Both the position numbers and the translations under genes were made by a program. A stretch of DNA of 60,438 bases, filler included, from Platydemus manokwari (lineage: Eukaryota), in NCBI GenBank assembly GCA_037951405.1. It is 4 parts of 4 records of this genome, joined end to end, with 100 filler letters (N's around TTAATTAATTAA, not from the genome) between each part and the next. Parts side by side here need not be neighbours in the genome. Positions count along the whole stretch, not along the records: positions 51,189 to 60,438 come from JBBMOY011277428.1; 3 more parts are not named here. One strand, given 5' to 3'. This document shows, piece by piece, positions 55,400 through 60,438 of this stretch. The notes beneath the pieces were generated by a model, which was not told where the DNA came from, made no database searches, and saw nothing but the letters and a program-made list of their open reading frames with translations. Every line of letters begins with the position of its first letter. The first letter of the stretch is position 1.

Positions 55400-56516
55400 A
55401 AAAAGTCTGGGCGAATATCATAGGCATAGCATTGGTTCCTTCTTTTCATAGTCAATTCTCAACCAAGTTTGTCTAACATTCGCAGAGTATGTCTTCGTCC
55501 GAGACATTTTCTTGGTTGTCCTTTTTGGTTGTTTCTTGGGCTATAGGATGAATTGCTACAATCGTATATGGTTGTCTCCATTAATTTTTTTGGAATCAGA
55601 AATTAAAAGTCTTACGTCATTTGCCGCTGGCCGAATTCCGAGTACTCCGACCATTTAAGTGAATAATTTCATTGTCTCGGTCTTGGTTTTTTAAACTATT
55701 TTCTAATATTATCGTGAATTTGAATGTTCATGTAATAGGCATTGAATCATCTATCGGGTAATTCACAAAGATTAGAAAGATTGAACTGGTTCGCTTATAA
55801 ACCCTTAAATAGTCAAAGCTTTTCGACATTTTTCTTTGTAACAATTGATATGCTGATAAAAAACTAATGAAACAAGAATAACGTATCTTTAAAGGATAAT
55901 TTATACACAAATTGCTATTATAAATCTTGTCTGAAATCTTGTCCATAAATTTTGTCCATGCAAGATACATATCCGCATGTAATTATATAAAATCACCAGT
56001 GCGTGAGAAAAATTGTCTTGGTAGATAAAATAGGCCAACAATTCCAAACGTATAAAACACTAATGTTCAATAAAGAAAGAATTGTTAATTGAAAACATAA
56101 TTAAGTTGTCCACAGATATCTTCATTATGAATAAAGATGTACGTAAATAGTAAATTATCAGCTTTATATAAATACATGGAGTACACAGTGAAAAGCTCAA
56201 ATAAAATAAAAATTATTTTTATTCAAATTAAAATGCGCTACAAATATAGCTAATATTACAAGTTATCATTTGTAATAATATGATATCCTCTTTCGTGTAC
56301 ATATCTTTCGTTAGGAAATGGCTCAGGAATTAAAACTTTCCCATAATTTATATATTTTAAATCATAAAAAGATTTCCATTTTGTTGAGTCATAACCTTCA
56401 CCGTTGGCGAATTTCGATACTTTAAATATTGGAAATTTATTAAAATCTAATTCTTTCAGGTTAGGCTTTATGGCTGTTAACTCTTTGTAAAAGATGGTAT
56501 CAAGTTTACTTGCCAT
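55400..56516 (-). pseudogene. Copy B of the unidentified gene family; first ~86 codons open (MASKLDTIFYKEL...), then disrupted
   Basis: ORF 56256..56528 with ATG at 56516, followed by blocks in shifting frames that are collinear with 9325-10400. Confidence 0.55.
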
Positions 56517-56585
56517 CAATATACTCAATAAAAATAAATGAATTGAAGAATAATCGATATATCCAAAATGTTTTATTTAACTAAA

Positions 56586-57241
56586 TTAACGCTTTCTTCT
56601 CAATTTAATAGCATTATTTCTTCTCCAGAAAGCATGTCTTGAACCACCAATGGTGTGAGTGAATCTATGACCCTTTCCAAGACCTCTTGATTTCTTGTTA
56701 GCAGATGTTAATCCTCTCAATTCTCTGTGTTTTTGAACTGAGTTGCAAATCCAGTTGATTTTAGGATCAACTCTGATGGCAGTGTGTGATGGATCAACAC
56801 AGATAACTTCATAAAACAAGTAAGTCGAATCTTCACCAACCCAGTAGCTGTTCAAAACTCTAAGGCTACCAAATTTACGGCCAACTCGTTCCTAAATAAT
56901 AATTAAAATAATTTAAATAAAATTTGTAATAGTACTTCAGCAATAGCTTGATTAGATCTTTGATTTTTAAGTTGGTTAACACCTTCATTTACTGGTTTAC
57001 CATAAGTGGCACCCTTTGGTACTGGGCGTTTACGACCACCACGGCGGACCTTGCATCTGATGATAACAAATCCTTGTTTTGCCTTATAACCTAAACGTCT
57101 AGCTCTGTCTGGGCGAGTTGGTCTTGAAATTCTCACAACGGCGTCAGTTTGACGAAATTCACAGCATCTTAAACGATTTTGATATCTCATAACATCACTT
57201 TGCTTGTGACGGTAAATTTCCGATAAGTATTTATCCGACAT
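56586..57241 (-). CDS. RPL15: 60S ribosomal protein L15 (eL15); exons 57241-56936 and 56891-56586, 44-bp intron, 203 aa
   Basis: [44 protein letters not shown], then AE|ERVGRK...[13 protein letters not shown]...[10 protein letters not shown]. The GT-AG intron 56935-56892 restores frame. Confidence 0.97.
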
Positions 57242-57255
57242 CCTAATTATTCTTT

Positions 57256-57268
57256 AAAAAAGCGAAAA
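57256..57268 (-). promoter_or_regulatory. Candidate TCT / 5'-TOP polypyrimidine start site of RPL15
   Basis: Minus strand TTTTCGCTTTTTT about 20 nt upstream of the ATG, as expected for ribosomal protein genes. Confidence 0.4.
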
Positions 57269-60155
57269 TATTATTTTGAACCTCTTACTTTAATTTTAAA
57301 TTATAATTTTGAACTCTAATTTATTTATTTAAACAAAGATTTTACTATAATTAATTTTCATGTTAATTTAATATTATAATAATTTTAATTTTTTATTTGT
57401 TAAAAGTATCTATAAGTAAGATATGAAGTCATTCCATATAGAAAAAATCACAGGAATTTAAGGCGAGATGCTATTTCATTAAATAATAATTTCTTCGTAA
57501 AAATATCTGTTACTAATTATATTTCTCATTAACTTAGCTATTTTGTTACAATGACAAAAACGATTATTTTAAAATAACTCCTGGAAAATTGCTTCAATGT
57601 TTGAAAGAAACTGAATAATTTTTTTGATGATTGAAATTCTTCGATTTTTAAATAATGTTTTTATTTTATTTTAATGCCTACCAAAAGTATGTGATGACCG
57701 ATCAGAGTCAAAATTATTTTATAAATAAAAATCAAGGAATAAATTTTTCTTACTAACCATTTTATCAAATATTGGTTAAGAAGAAATTAAAGTCTATTTT
57801 TATAATGGGATTTTATGTAGATTACAGATTATATGCTTGAAATTGCCTGATAATTTTTGCCAAATAAATATACATCGAAACTTGATCGAGATTTTAATAT
57901 AATTAATTCTTGTTAACTGTGATAGATGCTCGTACCACTTGATGACTACTTTATTTAATAAATTAGAAATATTAAATTTTAGAATATGTTACATTGGAGT
58001 CATGTTAGTTATTTTATAATCATAATTATTATTGACACCTTCTTTCACCATCTGATACTTAATCAATCTCTGGAGCTCTGATGATCTACTGGTAGTAAAA
58101 ATACTTTATTATTTGTCGTTCTTTTGCCTCAATCAATTCTAATGATTGTATGAAGATGAGTTCATGAGCTCTAGACAATACTTTAATTGTTAAACAATAC
58201 CTTAAGCATAAATTATTGTATTATCATATTTCTTCTTTATAACTTGTAAACTTCTTCTTTATAACAAACTATTGTCGAAAAGGTAATGATTGTCAAAATA
58301 TTTATTAAACGAATTTTTAATATATTAATTTTTAATATATAATAGAAAAATCTTAAAAAATTCTAAGTACGCCTGCTTTACTCTCTGGACTAAATAGTAT
58401 TTATATAAAAGGCATTTTAAGTGTTGTCTTGGAAAACAAAGTCACAAAAAGCAATAAATTAAAAAATTTAAATTACATTAAATCAAAACGTCCATTTAAT
58501 GTCAGTACCAAAAAGGCATGATATACATTATTGGATTATAGGCATCGAATGAAAAGGATGTTTTTATTATGAGGTAAATGAGCTGGTTCTAAAAGTTTCT
58601 GAAATAGCTTACTGTAAACTTTGGCGACTGTAAAAAGGCTATGTTGTTCAAGAATAAGTAATTAACGACTTCCAAAGGATTTTAAAAGGAAAAATGATTT
58701 TGTGATTCATGAGATCAGGAAGACGTAATATATATGAACTAGAATTTTTAAAAAGTCAATAAAATCAAAACTATAATGCCTATAGACAAGAGAAAATAAA
58801 TTAAAGTCGATTTCAAATCAAATTTAATTCAAGTCAATACAGCAGAAATTTACAAAAAAATAAACATTGATCATTATGGCTTTATTATGACAATTATTGA
58901 AATCATTATTTTGGATAATTATTATTGAAATGTAATTGTGTGCAATTATTATCATTTATGAGTTATTATTTATCTTGACAATCATTTATTATTATTATTA
59001 TCATTAATTGTGAATGAATTTATTATTTGATTAATTTGGTTATTGATGATTGTAAAGGAAAAGAGGGAGAAGATGAATTTTGACAGAATGTATAAATAAA
59101 AATAAATGATAAAATAAATAATAAAATAATTAAAGAAAAGAAAAAAAATTAATTGGTAATTTATATGCGAAAATCACTATGAGAAAGGCATTCAAAGAAT
59201 TCTTAAAATTTTAGGTTACCCACTGATAAAATAGTCGATCCGAATTTTATATAGCACAACATTTCTGAACACTTCTAAAAACACCTTCTTAGTGCTATCA
59301 TTTTAAAGTACAGTTTACTCTTCATAATTAATTCGAATCGTTGTTCGGGGATTTGTGTTAATAATATCATTTTGGATAAATAGTTTTATCGAAAGAAAAC
59401 TATGTATTTATAGAACCAATTAGAAAAAAAGTGTCAATGGAATTAACTGAATTTTTTGGAGAAGTTTTATTTGTTCGGAGTAAGGCTATAATTATTTTTT
59501 TGATATTTTAATTTTCATAATCATAACTTAATAACTCAATAATTCAGTATTTTATGCAATTCAATCACATTCTGCGAAATTTAAAATTTTCTGAAAACGA
59601 CCCTCTTCTCCGTTCGCTTCGGACTATCATCAAATCACTTTCGTGACGCACTGAATATGGAATATTGTTGTATTTTTAATTTGTCAACTTCAGTCAAACT
59701 GCCATTTAATTCGTCAACAAACCAGGGTAAAAACAACTGAACTTCTAATTTATTGAAAAAATCATTTTATTTAGTAAATATTTTCTTGTATTAAACATGA
59801 AAATTTATGTGTTTGTTATAAAAAGAAAGTCAAGACGAATGAATATTTTAGTCAAAATTTGATGTCAAAAAGGGTGAATTATATATTCTCATACAATGGT
59901 AAATCGCTTTAGATTAGGAGCAATATTGGCAGAAATTAATTTACCAACATTATTGACGCCTATGAGAGATAATAAAATTGCCTTTTCAGGATTTTGATCA
60001 CATATGATGCTTTTCAATAATTTGTTTCAATGACTGTATTTGGTTATCGCTAGTGGACTTCATGATGAAATAATTATGCCTTAGTAGTTTATTTATCACT
60101 GATTTATTATCGACTGAGCTTTTTATCTTTTTATCATTTTTGTATTCCACCACGT

Positions 60156-60226
60156 ATTATTATTATATCATTATTATCATTATAATCATCATCATTATTA
60201 CTATTATTATTATCATTATTATTCAT
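60156..60226. repeat. Imperfect (ATT/ATC)n trinucleotide repeat
   Basis: tattattattatatcattattatcattataatcatcatcattatt... read directly. Confidence 0.8.
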
Positions 60227-60364
60227 TAACTATTGCCCTCTGTCAGGTTTCCTTTTTACATTAAATTAATCATAATGATTAAATTCTTAAAATTAAATAG
60301 AAGTAATGAAATTATGATTGTAGTTTTCTACAATCATAATATGATATATAACACCTTCGTTATA

Positions 60365-60438
60365 TTAGGGTGAACCAAAAGTTCTTTCCGATTTTTTATT
60401 AAAAATTTAAACATAATTTTACAACAAATGGAAAACAA
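60365..60438. mobile_element. Terminal inverted repeat of a second mariner-like element running off the window end
   Basis: TA followed by TTAGGGTGAACCAAAAGTTCTTTCCGATTTTT resembles mariner TIRs, including those at 43767 and 44906. Confidence 0.55.

Noticed and set aside
57918-58265. Solo-LTR candidates with TGTGATAG-like ends (also near 14538 and 7208) and a TATA/poly(A) block at 46030-46282
   Set aside because: No matching target-site duplication or partner LTR could be established by eye.

Overview
Very AT-rich eukaryotic (animal) genomic DNA with spliceosomal introns, split into four contigs by three artificial 100-nt N44-TTAATTAATTAA-N44 spacers. The TE content suggests a flatworm such as a planarian, but that is inference only. 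Host genes: last exon of an LMO (LIM-only) gene; an intronless B-type muscarinic acetylcholine receptor; a three-exon PCBP-like gene with only one KH domain; four internal exons of a BLTP3/UHRF1BP1-like lipid-transfer gene; and RPL15. Mobile and decayed DNA: two Gypsy remnants, a mariner with both TIRs plus a second mariner end, a probable LINE remnant, a NeSL/R5-type non-LTR retrotransposon carrying what look like three tandem Ulp1-like protease domains (one catalytically intact), and two dispersed 28S rDNA fragments. Two decayed, collinear copies of an unrecognised gene family of about 350 codons lie at ~9.3-10.4 kb and ~55.4-56.5 kb, the second starting about 70 nt behind the RPL15 stop. 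All family calls come from motif recognition by eye; no searches were run.
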